Assembly (NCBI RefSeq): GCF_964204645.1
Contig: NC_134033.1
Span: forward strand, 10,362,655 to 10,426,654
Reading direction: 5' to 3'
DNA: 64,000 bases
DNA from: Tubulanus polymorphus
Lineage: Eukaryota > Animalia > Nemertea
Shown here: piece after piece, positions 13,166 to 32,130 of the stretch
Position numbering within the stretch: position 1 is the stretch's first letter
Layout: each line of letters begins with the position of its first letter
Made by a program: the position numbers and the translations under genes
Notes under the pieces: generated by a model
The model's input: the letters and a program-made list of their open reading frames with translations, nothing else
What the model was told of the DNA's origin: nothing
Database searches by the model: none

Positions 13166-15132
13166 ATGAAGAAGGATACAGGTTGGGCCTGGATGGTCGT
13201 ATTCGCCTCGTTTTCGCTGCGTATTTTCTCGTACGGTCTCACCACTACGACCGGTATTCTATACGTGGTTTTTAAAGAGGAATTTCAGCGCAGTAGCGGC
13301 ATGACGTCAATCGTAGGGTCGCTGGCAAACGCAACCAGGTAATAACCGGCCTCGATCCATTCAGTTCCAATAAAACATTACAAATCAGACGAAATGATGT
13401 AGAATTGTATTTGTAGTTTTTTTCTGGGCCCATTGTCGAGTATATTGGCACATCGATTTGGTAACCGGATAGTAGTGATGGTGGCCGGTTTTATTGCCGC
13501 TGTTGGACTCATTTCATCCATGTTCGCGTCCAGTCTCGTCTGGTTAATGATAACATACGGGTTAATAACCGGTAAGGCAACGTCACGCGCGCTCATCTGA
13601 ATCCGTTACCACGCGTGCACAGCGTGACCGAGTGGGTTCGAATCCCATTTCTACCTCTTATTGATTTTTTTGATAAGACTTTTCTATTTTTAAATTTCAG
13701 GTTTAGGTTTTGGTTTGACGGTAGTTCCAGGTAGCTGCGTAGTTGCTGAATACTTCGATAAGAAACGTAACTTTGCTATGGGTCTAGCGTCATCCGGGGG
13801 CGGACTGGGTAGCTTTATCTTTCCCCCTCTTTTACAAGCGCTCATCAATGCTTACGGTTGGAAAGGTATGAAAGATAGATAGAGATCAGTCAATCCATAG
13901 GGTTCGAGTTTGATTTTCTTCTCAAATTTTTTGAAAAGTCAAATCTCAAATTTTCTTCCCTTGCGGTACATATATGAACTAACGAGTACGTATGCTTTTC
14001 TCCTCATTCACAGGAGCGATGTTCATTTCCGGTGCCCTGGCGCTGAACGTAACCGCTTGCGGTGCCATCTACCGGCCAACGTCCGAACTACGAGAAAATC
14101 AACCGAATGGGAAAACGAGTAAAAACCACGTGATCGAGCGGACGAACTGTGGTGATAAACTGGATGAAAAAGTTACCTTTTTGAACTCGGCAGCAGCTGA
14201 TAGCGATGGCAAACATAGCGTGGATGAAAGTGGTCTGAATCCGAATACTGATGGGACTAGTCAGATTCGGACTACTGGCCAGACTTGTCGTAATCGGCCT
14301 TCTGGGCAGACTAAACCGAAAGCGTTTCATGGCGAAATGTTCACAAATAAAAGATTCCTCGTTTTATGTTTAAATAACGTGTTGGCGACGCTCGGATTTT
14401 CCATTATTTACGTTCATTTAATCGCATACGCTAAAATCGCAGCCGGTATCGATCCGGACAAGAGCGCCTGGCTCTTCACCGTCATGGGATCGATGAATCT
14501 ATTCGGCAAATTCGGATTCGGAATACTGGCAAACCACCCCGCTATATCGGAACACGTTTTGTATATTATCTCACTGGGCATTGGCGGAATAGTTACCGTA
14601 TCGTTACCATTGTTACCGACTAAATTACCATATTTAATGGCGTACGCTTCGACCGCTGGTTTGAGTATATCGGCTATAGGTGGCGCTCTACTACCAGCTC
14701 TTCTCGTTGACTATGCCGGTTTGGAGGCACTTTCGTCGACGTATGGAGTTTTACTAATAACAAACGGTATCGGGTTCTTTAGCGGGGCCCCGATCGCGGG
14801 TAATCATCATTCAGTTCCACAATTTTAGAATCAACACAGAGGGTGCAAGGCTCATATTGAATCATGCACATTGATTATTTGAAGGTCTACTATTCGACCA
14901 CACCGGAAATTATCACACCTCCTTCTACCTGGCGGGAACGGTCATTCTGGTCAGTTCGTTTATCATGCTGTTACCATGGAGATATATGGCGAACGACACT
15001 CGACTGATGACGTCACCAGAACCGGATCTAACTAGTCTAGATTTGGAGCAGAGGCAGAGACAACTGTCACCGAACTCGAAGCGACTTCATTTATTAGAAC
15101 GAAATTTTGTCGGTTCAGTCGAAGGCCTGTAA
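13166..15132 (+). CDS. MFS transporter, monocarboxylate transporter (SLC16/MCT)-like, copy 1, ~508 aa, 5 exons
   Basis: Exons 13166-13338, 13417-13571, 13701-13865, 14014-14799 and 14885-15132 give an open frame with GT-AG introns. It has the SLC16-type N-terminal motif DTGWAWMVVFASF, YFDKKRNFAMGLASSGGGLG, GWKGA, and GAPIAGLLFDHTGNY. Confidence 0.9.
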
Positions 15133-15929
15133 GTTTGAGCGAGTAAACTCTGATTCACTGTTAGACCGTTTTCTGTTCAATTTACATTTCGTATTTTCAG
15201 AGACCGCGTTATAGTCAGTCATCAAGATCTCCATTCTATTGGCTCGAATGAAAATTGATTGACGACGAGGACACAGAATCACACAGAATCCACACGCAGC
15301 CGATTTAGAATAAATATTGGTGCACGCATAAACACTGTATAATATTCTCACTCCCTGTTGTGCGGACATACTACAGAAATATATAGATATGAGGAAAAAC
15401 CGGGACCGCAGCATGCTCGCACAAAGGCGCCAGAACCTACAATAAAGTTTTTTTTTGACTGACTCCCCTGGACTAATGAACTCCATTTAACAGCACAGCT
15501 GGCCTAACTTAACCTGGGGGTTAACTCGCTTGAAATGAACGGAGTTACCACCGGGTTAAATTTGACACCCAGTCCTTAAAAACAGGTCCAGTTAATCACC
15601 AGTTGTGAGTTGTCTGAACACGGGTTCAGGCCACACGATCGGTTTTGTGACAAAGTGTACAGTGTAATGACATGTGACGTTGTGTTTTCTATATATAGTA
15701 CGTGAACCTCAATTATCGTTTTTTTTTTCACGTAACGGCCGCTGAGATATTACACAATACACTAACAGTATATATGCCACAGTCGTGTATAGAAAGCATA
15801 TTATATACTATGTGTGTGTGTGTTACGATTCGTGTCAGGTGCGTACTAACAGTTGAATACTGAATCTCTACATTTCTCTATCTCTCTCACTCTATAACAT
15901 CGCTTGCTATCAACGTGGATCGAATCGAA

Positions 15930-17752
15930 ATGTCGAAGACGAAAATTGCAATAATCTCCAACGAAGCGATGGATGTAGGAACATCGAAAATCTGCATCGA
16001 TGGTTTAAGAGAAGATGTGAAGGAACGTTACGATTTTATGAATATAATTCGTTCAGCAGATGAAGATATATTTGATTTCACAGAGAGATGTATCGATATA
16101 GTGAAGAATGAACAAATAACTGGTGTCCTAGGACTACGTGATATTGCGGCTATAATCAGTGCTGCAATCTGTGAAAGGTTACCTCAGCTACCTGGACCAT
16201 CATTGAAATCAGTAGCGATCGCTTTACATAAATATTACACTCGTTTGTATTTCGCCAAAGAACAAGGTGGAATTAATTATCGGTTATTGAGGTATGATGC
16301 TGCACCTACCGAAATACATGATGTTCTCAATCAAATAGGATTTCCGTGTTTTGTGAAGCCGTGTTCGGGCACTCATTCCGTCGGTGCGATAGAAATTAAG
16401 AGTGTGGATGATCTGCGACGACACCTGGAGATTTACGAGACTTTAAAGTTAGAGAAGAAATGGGAACGCTTCAATGACGGGTTTCTATCGAAGGTAGGAG
16501 CTCCCTGTCCTGAAGATGCGCTGATAGTAGAGGAATTCAAAGATTATACCAATTTCTTTTTCGCCGAGGGACTGGTCGCTTCTGGGCAGATAATTCACTG
16601 GGATATCGTTGACTGTAACTTTTGGAAAAGCAATCCCATCGTAATGTCGAATATGACATGCCCTTCCAGGCTAGCAGAAGATGTTCAGCGAGAGATCTGG
16701 AAAATATGCGACATTATCGTCCAGAGAATGATTGATCATGGATTCAATAATCAGTTTTTCACTACAGAGATGTGTCTCATGGCGGACGGGGGAATCAAAT
16801 TGATAGAAGTAAACCACAGAATTACGAGTAACATTTCGCCCATGTACAGGAGCTGTCTGAGTAATGGCGATTCCTTCGAGGCGCTTCTGGACGTAAATAG
16901 AGGAATCATTCCCAGAACTCCCACTCGAAATGGTCACCATTGTATGACGGGAATGTTGGCGACATTCACAACGGATAAGATGAAAAATCTACTTGATTTT
17001 GAAGCGATGAAACAATACCCGGAAGTACAAACTTGGTTGGACCCGGAGTGCCAGGTGACGTACGTTGGAGATAAGGTTGGCACTATTATTGGTATGGTGT
17101 ACGTTCGTGCACCTACTTATGAAGGTTTGTTGATCTTAGATCTAATGGCATAGAGATATACCGTTACGGACAATTGTGTAGTAACCGATGACTAGAAATT
17201 ACGTAATCAACTCATTTTAGTCCATCATCTTTATTTTTCTCGCGGTAAATTATCGAAGCAATTAACTACAATACAAACAAAAATTACACTAAATCTCAGT
17301 TATAATATTTTCTTCATAACCATGAAAATATGAAAAAATACAGATTCACAGTCACTGAGTTTATGGATATTCAAATCAATATCCAGTATAGTGCAAGATC
17401 CGGCGCCGACTATTACAAATACAGTCTTCCACTGACGACAGAATATCATGTTCGTCCATAGACAAATCAAGCGAGGGTTGACAGAGCCAACCAAGCTTTG
17501 AAATATCATATAATCGGATCCTTTGTAATTTAAAGCCTAGCCTTATCAGATCAGATATTAGTTGTAATCATAATAAAATTGATGACTTGAAAGAGTCCTT
17601 GCGCTTAGTATAAGAATATACTTGGAATTGGGAGTTAAAATAGAGGTAACGTCCAATAACGTGATGATTTTTTATTTGCAGAACAATATGAGAAATTTCT
17701 GAAGATCGCGAAAGAAGTTCTCAAGCAACCAGAATATTCTCTCTGGGAATAA
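15930..17752 (+). CDS. ATP-grasp domain protein (putative amino-acid/peptide ligase), ~421 aa, 2 exons
   Basis: Exon 15930-17124 plus 17682-17752 (EQYEKFLK...SLWE*). ATP-grasp motifs: LPGPS, ALHKYYTR, IGFPCFVKP, LIVEEF, IKLIEVNHR. Confidence 0.85.
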
Positions 17753-20700
17753 AGTGTCGGTGACATCGGTGAATTCAGTTTAAAGTTGTGGAAAACAAAC
17801 AGTTAAAGAAATTTTTTAATGAGACATCGTTTATGCAAAACATCGCGCATCACTTAAACCGATTTACAAATACCAAGATGTTGTGTGATTGAATAGAATG
17901 CATTTATTACGATGCAAGTATCGCTATTAGGCCTGCAAATCCTCGTTTTTGGCTCGCGTCAGCGAGCCTATGTCAACGGTCCGATCGATAATCATTCGTA
18001 TGCTTAATACACTACGCTCAAAGCTATTTTTAGCAAACTCAAACGCAATTTCAGTAGCCAATAATTTCACTACTAATGGACGAATTGAACGGATAAAGCA
18101 GAAATATATCCCTTAATTGATTTTTTCTTTATGGTGCGCAAAGATGAAAGCCGTGGGTTTCATAGTTTTTTGAGAAATTTGCCAAAAAGTTTCAAAAATT
18201 CGATTTATTTGAGCACGTTTTTTCCATGCAGCGACTTTAAATGTCCAAAATAACACATGTGAAAATTCAATGCTATTTGCGACGGAAGAACTTAAGATCG
18301 CAAAGATACGATGCTTTGTTCGGCATTCAAAGAAAAAAACCCCGAAAATCTCGGTTATGTTTAATTTGTGTTGACCCGGTTTTGACTTCCATCATGACGT
18401 TATAACATTGAACGAGGTGGATCAGCTGGTGCGCGTTATTTCACAAACAAAATGTCGGCACGATTGAATAGGTTGATATCATTTGTAGCGCGAATACTGA
18501 TATTCAAGGTGTATGACATAACGATTTATTGTGTGCGATGTGTTCGATGATTCATCTAGTTTTGATATCCCGTGCATAAGGTTACGTTGCATCAAGATAT
18601 CTGACGAACCTCTGGTTTCAAAATGCATAAATTTACTTCCGTGTTAGCCACACGGCTGATTTACTGATAGCATCGAGATTTTAGAGATGAGTCTGATATA
18701 TACATGACTGGAAATACTTGTTTTATCATCATTAATTGCATTAGCGATCCGTTTTGTAGCCTGATTATTAGGGTTTCTGCTGTTTTCGCAGAAACCCTCT
18801 TGTAATTCTGTTGATTATTATTATTATTATTATAAATTTTCCACTTTCCAGCCAAAAATTTTTCATTAAGTGTAACTCCTCTCAGATTCGACTACCAACA
18901 GCTTATAAACGTAATTTTCAATTCTGTCAGAAACATAACTCAGCGCCTGGCCATTTCGAATTTGCGTATAGTAATCTATTATGAATTAATCCCGCATAAT
19001 TACCGGGTCTTAAAACAGCGACAAGAATAACGCAAAGAATCGTCATCCATTGATAAAAGTGCACCCCGAAAAGCCTAAAATTAACCGGACGGCCTTGAAC
19101 GTTAACTCAACCGCAAATCACGGATTCGGACTCACATTAGTCCGGACACGTCAATTCTCGCTATCTGATTCATATATGAGCGATTCAAAAAGCCGCCATT
19201 TTATTTTCGCAAATCACGTAATCGGACTGATATAAGTCCCAATCCGTCATTTCCTGTTTTGTTTCATCTATCGCCGCCATTTTGTACCATCTTCAGTTCG
19301 GCAGATGAACTCAACATTACCTTAACTTCAAAGACGTCGATGTCACATCGTGTTCGAATCCCGACAATGCAATAATTTTATTACCTATATAATTCCCTCT
19401 TTGTGATTAAAGTAAATTATAGTTAATATAATTTTCATTGAATATACGTTGTAAGGTCGTTTTCAAAGTTGTTATAGTTCAAACATATGTACAATATGTA
19501 AACTGTCACCAATAAATGAAAACAAGAAAAAACATTTTCTAAAAATCGTTGTTAATTTCTGAATGCAAATTCCTCACTTAACAAATTGATGATGCATAAA
19601 AGTAGACCAAACTACCGGTAGTATTAACATAATTATGGGCCAAAACGCGCAAGGAGAGCATGTGCGACATACTAGTTCATGCAACTGCCACCAGGAGACT
19701 TTGAAAGAACCATATCTTCGGTTAAGCCATTTTGGTACATCGATACTTTTTTACGTGGTAGCCCTTGTATGTAGCTGGATCCAAATATCCAGCATATTGT
19801 TGACCCAAGTTGCGCTTCTTGGAAATAAGTCATATGTTATGAACTGTAGAATTATTTCGATGACGCTTCCCAGTGCGATATATGAAACAGTTAGGCAGAA
19901 ACCCGTTATCGCTGCTATACAGCTATATTTAGTATTAGTTTGTTAACTGCGGCACAGCGATGAGCGTTCGCGTTGAAAGTGTAGGTCGCGCGTAACAACG
20001 ATTTGTCTGAGTGAAGATGTAAGCTACTTAAAGCAATCCTATCGTGAAATCATTAAAAATCATGTCAGTCGATAAACTTTGTTTCGTCAGTAATGGGCAC
20101 TGGCCTCAAATTTGAAGGACTTGGGAGCTTCTGTCCTGATTGGTCCGTATGATAATGAAAAACCTCCGATGAAACCCAGGCTCTCACCAAGTTTGTACCG
20201 TATCTTATCGGGTCACTCATAGTTTTAGTTGTTTTAATTTACGTCATTCAATGTCATGTGTAAGATCAAGGCACCACTAGCATAGTCAGTCTTATGTTGT
20301 TAGTTGTTGAATGTATGGAACTTAAATGAGTTTAAACTGGAGTCTTAAATGCTGTTTAGTTAGCTATAGAACTAAAACGGTCTTGTACTGGTCTTACGAG
20401 CGGTACTGTTAGATTGTTCCAAAATTGGTTTTTGTTCGAAGTTGATCAGTTTTTGAAAATGACCCACAAAATTGTGTCGAAACCACACAAAATGATCATT
20501 TAGTTTTTCTTATCATCGTGGGTTTTTTACCTAGGTTGTTACGTAAATTGGCTAAAGAACAATGATGAACTTAGACTGTCTCGACTCGTTAGATTAGATA
20601 TAGAAAAAAATGGTTTTGGGTCTTAAAATCGAATTCGAAGCCCTGGCTGTCCTGGAAGTGACCCCTGGTAACAGGTTCTGTGTCGATGTTCCTTTTCACC

Positions 20701-21207
20701 AAGATCCTTAGTGTCTGATGTACCACAGGTGGGTATAACACTAGGATCGTAGAGCAACGTAGATCACTGTGGATACAGCCACTGCCAGGACTGCGTGAAT
20801 GTTCCTCAAACTGAGTACCCGGAAGTCACGTGGTAGGTATCGTGTCGCGGATTAACAAAATGAATCAGAAGCCACAACGAAGATAATAGAATCAAATTAC
20901 AATGAACAACGAATTAAGATGACGAGATAAAGTTTATTCTCTCGACAAGCACTAGAGTTACTAATAACTCAGGGAAGTGTAATCCCTGCTTAAATTGACA
21001 CCATATGACTTGCTACAAGTTGAATAGTGACAGTCCCAGTAGCTCTCAACGCGTCAAATTGGCCGTGATTGACTGTAGTAAGGACAGTTTACTTTTTAAG
21101 TTTGGCCTGAAGGCCAATATGACGCGCTGTGACGTCACGCGCGAACTACTGAAATAGCTAGATAATATTCGTGAAACTTTCAAGTCGCGATGTTTTCCGA
21201 AATTCGA

Positions 21208-25955
<4,748 letters not shown>

Positions 25956-27515
25956 CTTCAAACAACAGTTTGTAGAATAACTGCAGATATCGCGCTTATG
26001 CCTTATTTATTCAAATCTTACAAAATCGATATTCAGCAGTCAAATATTAGCATTTTATATTTGCCGTTCTTTCGTTGACTATGCGACTGTGTTGACGATC
26101 GGGGCAAAAACATTGACACAGAAGCCGTTTTTTTACACAATCCATATAGTCGTGTGTGAATTTATTATGTAATAAAGAAGTTTCTAGGCGCCATTTTGTG
26201 GCGGTCCCTCGAGGTCCCCATTGTTGCGATGATTTGCGCTCATTTTTAAAACGTAAGTTTAGATTGAATAGTTCTGCAGCCCCTTGCTCGATGAACTTAA
26301 GTTATACAGCATTTTAAAGGAAATGAAATGTAGATATTTGCTGGCGATTCTTGGAATTTTTGAACGTAATAATTGAGAACAGTGACGATGTGAAACCAAG
26401 GACCGCATATCTTAACCGTGCGTATAAGAAACCGCAATATCCATTAATTTTGATATATCTAAGTATCTCTTGAAGCTATATATCTTATCTTCACAGAGGT
26501 TAAAGAGGGTTATTTGCAGTTTAAGCCTGCGTTAAAATCTATTGAATATCTTTCCTGCCGACTGATCTGTACCCGCTTGAGTTCGAGATTACGCGCAAAA
26601 GGGGTCTTCCACTGCGCATTGCAATTTCACTGAACATTGAGATTCAGCCTCCTCTGTTATCAAATCCCCCTAAATCGTAAAGAGCGCAGACCACTAATCG
26701 AAAATGTCCGCTATATCCTATAGTATAAAGCGCATAAATCCAGGGGAAATCCTAAGTGCTTTTTTATTTTTAGGCCAGCATCTTATGCTACGCATTCAAA
26801 TTCAAATGGTTTCCGCCCCACATATACCAACCTAACTTTTGAAATAATCAAACCTTTAGAAAGGAGGGGTGTCCCGGTACAGGTATGCCAGTAAATCTGA
26901 GCCCGTGAAGGGAATCCCCCGGTCCGTGTTTGGTCCTCCTCCCCTTACTAAAAAAGTCCAGGGAATTCATCATCAATCTGTCTCTCAGGACCAATTATGG
27001 ATATCGTTATATATAACCGAAATTCGTTACCTATCCCATTTGTAGAATTATGACAACATTTATGGGGACCTCTTTTTCATTCTAGGTTTCTATAATTTTT
27101 GGGGTTCGGCCCTTACGCAGTGAAGCACTGTGGTCTGATGCCACTATAGTTTCAATATAAACGCAGTTCAGTGAGCTCTGTGAATCTGGTGATTTGAGTG
27201 ATTGAAAAAACGAAGTTGTTATTGCATTTCGACATTTTATCTTTGAGCAAACACGAGTCCCTGCGAATTGTCCTTGTTCTCAATGTGTGTGTGCAGGATA
27301 TTTACTTTATAGTCTAGAGCTAGCAAATCGTCTGTGAAAATATGGTCTACGCAATCGTAACTCTGCCAGAATCAAATCGATCATTACCAAGCGAACCTCT
27401 GCATTAAAACGTTTTCACATAATATAATTAAACAACCCTTGGTAAATTTTATTCAATAAAGACCGAGGGCCAGTTTTTCGGACTGGTATCAACTTTAACC
27501 CAGGGGCTTACTTAT

Positions 27516-27617
27516 AGAGGGAGAGGGAGAGGTACAGGGAGAGGGAGCGCAGGGAGAGGGAGAGGGAGAGGTACAGGGAGAGGGTGCGCAGGGAGAGGGA
27601 GAGGGAGAGGGAGAGGT

Positions 27618-27648
<31 letters not shown>

Positions 27649-28135
27649 GAAGGAGAGCAGGGAGGGGGAGAGCAGGGAGAAGTACAGGGAGAGGGAGAGC
27701 AGGGAGAGGTACAGGGAGAGCAGGGAGAGGGACAGGGAGAGGGAAAGGTACAGGGAGAGCAGGGAGAGGTACAGGGAGCGCAGGGAGAGCAGGGAGAGGT
27801 ACAGGGAGAGGGAGAGGTACAGGGAGAGGGAGAGCAGGGAGAAGGAGAGCAGGGAGGGGGAGAGCAGGGAGAGGGAGCAGGGAGGGGGGAGCAGGGAGAG
27901 GGAGAGGTACAGGGAGAGGGAGAGCAGGGAGGGGAGAGCAGGGAGAGGTACAGGGAGAGGGAGAGCAGGGAGTAGGAGAGCAGGGAGGGGGAGAGCAGGG
28001 AGAGGGAGCAGGGAGGGGGAGAGCAGGGAGAGGGAGAGGTACAGGGAGAGGGAGAGCAGGGAGGGGAGAGCAGGGAGAGGTACAGGGACAGGGAGAGGTT
28101 GAGGTACAGGGAGAAGGAGAGGGACGGGGAGAAAG
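27516..28135 (+). repeat. Complex GA-rich satellite (GGGAGA / GGGAGAGCA / GGGAGAGGTACA units)
   Basis: Direct reading. Confidence 0.95.
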
Positions 28136-28566
28136 TTCTGCTCCCTAATACTGATTATATAATTGATGATTTTCCTCTGTATCAATTTTTCATCGAAAAT
28201 GAATTAGGGTATCATGTCTGAAACGTTTTGACAGACATTCAGCAATTGTGAAAAATGTTTTGGTGGGTGGTACAGGCATCAGATTGACAGCTGCAATAAT
28301 AGCGCCGTATATCGAATATCGCTCTAAAATCCGAATGCGAGAGAGCGTGAGTTGTGTATCTAAACTCGTCCGTCGAAACGCGAATCTTTCTTTTCAATCT
28401 CTTTGTTCTTTGTTTTTCGTCGATCGTTTCCAGTCCAAAAAAACAAGAGACATAGAAGAACGATAACCACACTCAAACGTGGTGAACGGATAATAAGACA
28501 AAAACCCACTATCTACAGATAAAAAGAATATAAAAACAAGAATTTATTTATTCAATCTAAAATATA

Positions 28567-28624
28567 TAGAATACACGACGTTTCGATCTCACCTTCATCG
28601 TCAGGTGTGGCGTCGTGTATTCTA
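28567..28624 (-). mobile_element. Small Penelope-like remnant with a hammerhead core and shortened stem II
   Basis: Minus strand ACAC-CUGACGAU-GA(aggugaga)UC-GAAACGUC-GUGU at 28608-28573, with a 14-bp inverted repeat (28567-28580 / 28611-28624). Confidence 0.55.
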
Positions 28625-29999
28625 GTGGGTTTTTTTATCTTAAGAGACAGAGAAACAAATAAACAACGATATAAACGACTATAAAATTCTTTCTCCTTAT
28701 AATTTATTCCTTCGTTTTCTTTCTCGTGATTTTTTGTTACAAAATGCCGTGGCGCATTATAGCGCGCAGTTAAAAAAACCTATGTATTAAAACAATATGA
28801 GCTACATATATAGGATACACTGTGCACGCTGCGGTGAACTGAAGCTACAGTCCACGCGACTCTTCGATTAGATAGCAGGACCATTTGAATTTTAGGGGGA
28901 CAGAAAAACCCGAAAAATGGCATTTCTGTAGGATATAACATTAATATTTGCAAATAGGGCACTTTTCCAAAATTCCTGGGGCCCCCTTGCCCCCCCCTGC
29001 TAGATCCTGGATAGCAAGTCACACTTGTGGAAGAACAATTAGTTCTTCATCTGAAGGGCGGATCTAGGATTCTTCGAAGGGGTTGGTTGACCTGAAAATT
29101 GGATTGGACAATTAATTTTAGAAAGGCAGCTTCGGCAATGCAAGGCCTGCAAGCGCGAAACATTGTTGTGGGGGTTTCTGGTGACCCTCCAACAGAAAAT
29201 CAACGACAAAATAGGGCTTTCATGGCCCTAAATACGGCCAATTTGGATTTATTTTTCATCTTCTACAGATTTTCTGCATGTAAAGGGCACTACGCTTATA
29301 CCAAGGCCGATGTATGGGGACGTAAGACTTAATGTACAAGGTCCATGGAACTGTCAGTTTAAAGAACAAGCCACTCTGAGTGACTCAATTTCCCTAATCA
29401 ATTTTTCATTGCTTCGTTTTCGAAAGCCTGACAGACAGGAAAAAATATTTTCATTTTTTCCCCGTTTAATTAAATACTTTTACTGCCTTCTAGAAGGCAC
29501 AGAAGGCAAGCTGGATCCCCACCTGAATAGCATAGTCTGTAAACCTGATAGTAGCGACCGGTAGAGAGTTTGGTAGGTTTTGATTGGTCTTTACCGATGC
29601 CGGAATTCTCTTCTGGTGCGTTCGTTTCGACCGGAATACGCCCATCCTATTCCGGAATAGTGTAATCAGTATACCTAATAGAAGCGGCCGGTAGAGAGTT
29701 TGATAGGTTGTTGTTGCCTGATTTATTACTGATTCCTAGAATTCTCTTCTGGTGCGTTCGTTTTGACCAGAATACAAGTGAGTAAAGAGTTCGTAATCCA
29801 GAATACGTTCAATCGAAACCTGCCTTAGTCTGGATTGATTTCAGCGGTCCCTCGATCCAAATAAAGCGTCGTCTGATGACGTGGATTATTTTGTCAGATT
29901 TGTAACTTGCACTCAATGTATTATTCACTACTAGTCATTAATATAAGTGTCTGTCTGAATAGTGATTTGGTGTTTGAATTATTGTATTTTGTTCCTCCA

Positions 30000-31125
30000 G
30001 TGTCCGTTGTAATTTCTGTTTTTATTTCTCTAAATTATATTTTAAATCATTAATTTCTTTTTCTAAACTTAATTCTTTTTGTCTATATTCCATTTCATCA
30101 ATTACTTGATGATCTAAGTCAGACTGTAATTGTTTTAATTCTTCATTTGCTTCAGATAATTCATCTTCTAAAGTGTTTATTCTATGATTTCTTGTCATTT
30201 TATTGTGCGCAATTTTATCAGCTTCATTTCTGATACTAATAATTTCTCTAATTGCTTTATCAAAGAATATATCTAATTCTTCTAATTATTGATTTGTTGC
30301 ATCCATTAATACATTCGGTAAAGGATTTTCAGTTTGAACTATGCTTGAATTTAATTTACTAGTTTTGGAAGTTATATTTTGTTTCTAAATTATTGTTAAT
30401 TGTTTCAAATAATTCATCAATGTTTTGATTAAATCTTTTCTATTTTCATTTAATTCTTGTTTTGTAACATCGCTTATATTATTATTATTTATTTTCTTAA
30501 TTCTAAATTGTTCTAATTTTCTCAAAGTTGATTCTGCTAATATCTTATTTTTATTTTTATGAGAGAATCAATATAATAATCATCTTTCAAATGTTTATAA
30601 TATTCACCATCTAAAGATTTTAAATGTGGTACAAGTCTAGCACCTCTATCATTTATATTATATCCTGATTTTTAATAAATTTTATAATAAAAATATATAC
30701 TGATTTTTATACTAAATCATTAGATATAATCAATAAATTAGGACCTATACAATAATTTAGTCTTATATGAGATTTATCTAAATAATTTTGATATCTTACT
30801 ATATTGTCTGGAATTGATCTATTTTTATCATTATGAATTGAATCTTCAAATGAAACTTTAAATTGTTTCTGCGCATCAAATGAAGTATTACCATTTCCAA
30901 CTAATGGTGATCTTGTTTCAACTTGTGATCCTAATATACAAATTAGATAAATTCGAATAGATTGATTTATTCTTTGTATACAAGGTTTGGAAAAACCTTC
31001 ACTATTTTCTAAAATAAATTTAATCCAACCATTATTTTATAATTATGATAAGCTCTAACTCTATGCAAGTAATCAATTCTTTTTATTTCAAACTGTTCAC
31101 CAACATCATATAATTTACCATGCGT
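30000..31125 (-). mobile_element. Decayed fragment of a Polinton-like element related to 58258-64000
   Basis: About 30035-30385 aligns colinearly with 63660-64000 (e.g. TCATCAATTACTTGATGATCTAA, AATTTCTCTAATTGCTTTATCA, TTTTGGAAGTTATATT). It has the same extreme AT content and stop-interrupted frames. Confidence 0.8.
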
Positions 31126-31140
31126 TCTAAAAACGCAATT

Positions 31141-32130
31141 ATTAGGGTTTTCTGTTACTTCACAGAAAACCCTATTGAGATTCGTGTGTTTCTTATTATT
31201 ATTATCTTATGTCACACTATTTTCACTAAAAGAACATAGGCTTTGTTACCATTACCTTGCCACTGTTGTCGATACAATCCGTATGATATCCTTCAGCTCA
31301 CTTCGATCTACAAATACTCCGTGCGTATTTTATAAATCAACGTAACAAAAGCACTGTCGGGCCGTAAACATCGAAAATTGGGTCCCATTCAATGAGGCGA
31401 CATGTTTTTCTGAGTCGTCATCCCGAAATCCATAGGAGGTTGCTCGTCACTTCGATTATTCAAGCGTGAATAAACTAATTTATTGCCGCAAGACTTCACA
31501 TTCAGCCACGGTTTTCAAACAGTAATTTATAACCATTACCCATTTTCCTCATCAAATCATATTACCGATATACAAGAAATTTACTGCTCTAGATTTTAAA
31601 AGCACTGTCGAGCCAGTAACATCGACGAATCGACGGGTGTCTCTTCGCCGTCGTTCCGGGGATCAGCTGTGAGTTTCTCCTCATCATGACAATCAAATCA
31701 AGTACAAATAAATTTATCACTAACAGTGATTTGGCCGCGGGCTTCAAACAGTTAGTTTAACAATACCTAATTTTCTTTACCAAATTTATGTGTATTTACT
31801 AGGATAAATCATTAGAGTACCGGGGGAGTCGTAGGCCTAAACTAAACATGCCGAAGAAATGTAGCGGAGAAAAGCTGTTGTTTCAACGAGGCATCAAAAT
31901 AAAAGGCATCATTCGGCCGCGGGCTTCAACCATTTATCAATACTCTATATTTCCTATAGTACATACCGATCATTGTCAAATACACAAGGTATTTACTAAA
32001 TACAAGTATATAACACACTCCAATCCGTATGCTGGACTCACTTGACATTCGGAGTAAGCGTTCGCCGTGGGGTAAAGGAGATCGTTCGCTGTGTCGCTTG
32101 AAGAGTTTATCGAGTTGTACGCGTCCTTAT
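31141..32130. mobile_element. Helentron/DINE-like non-autonomous element (terminal hairpin, ATT microsatellite, internal degenerate repeats); right end approximate
   Basis: TAGGGTTTTCTG...CAGAAAACCCTA hairpin followed by (ATT)n; a similar start occurs at ~18767. Confidence 0.4.

Larger units (their letters stand above)
8483..15339 (+). repeat. Arm 1 of a large inverted segmental duplication (partner 50343-58175)
   Basis: Colinear reverse-complement matches read by eye, e.g. 8483-8590 vs 58062-58175, 10241-10745 vs 57570-58055, and the whole MFS gene. The ORF track shows mirrored ORFs (13142/52553, 13992/51703). Confidence 0.92.

Noticed and set aside
15115-15486. ORF 15115-15486 (-) and its mirror 50284-50583 (+)
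   Set aside because: They are antisense to the MFS 3' UTR; their similarity comes only from the duplication and stops near the breakpoint.
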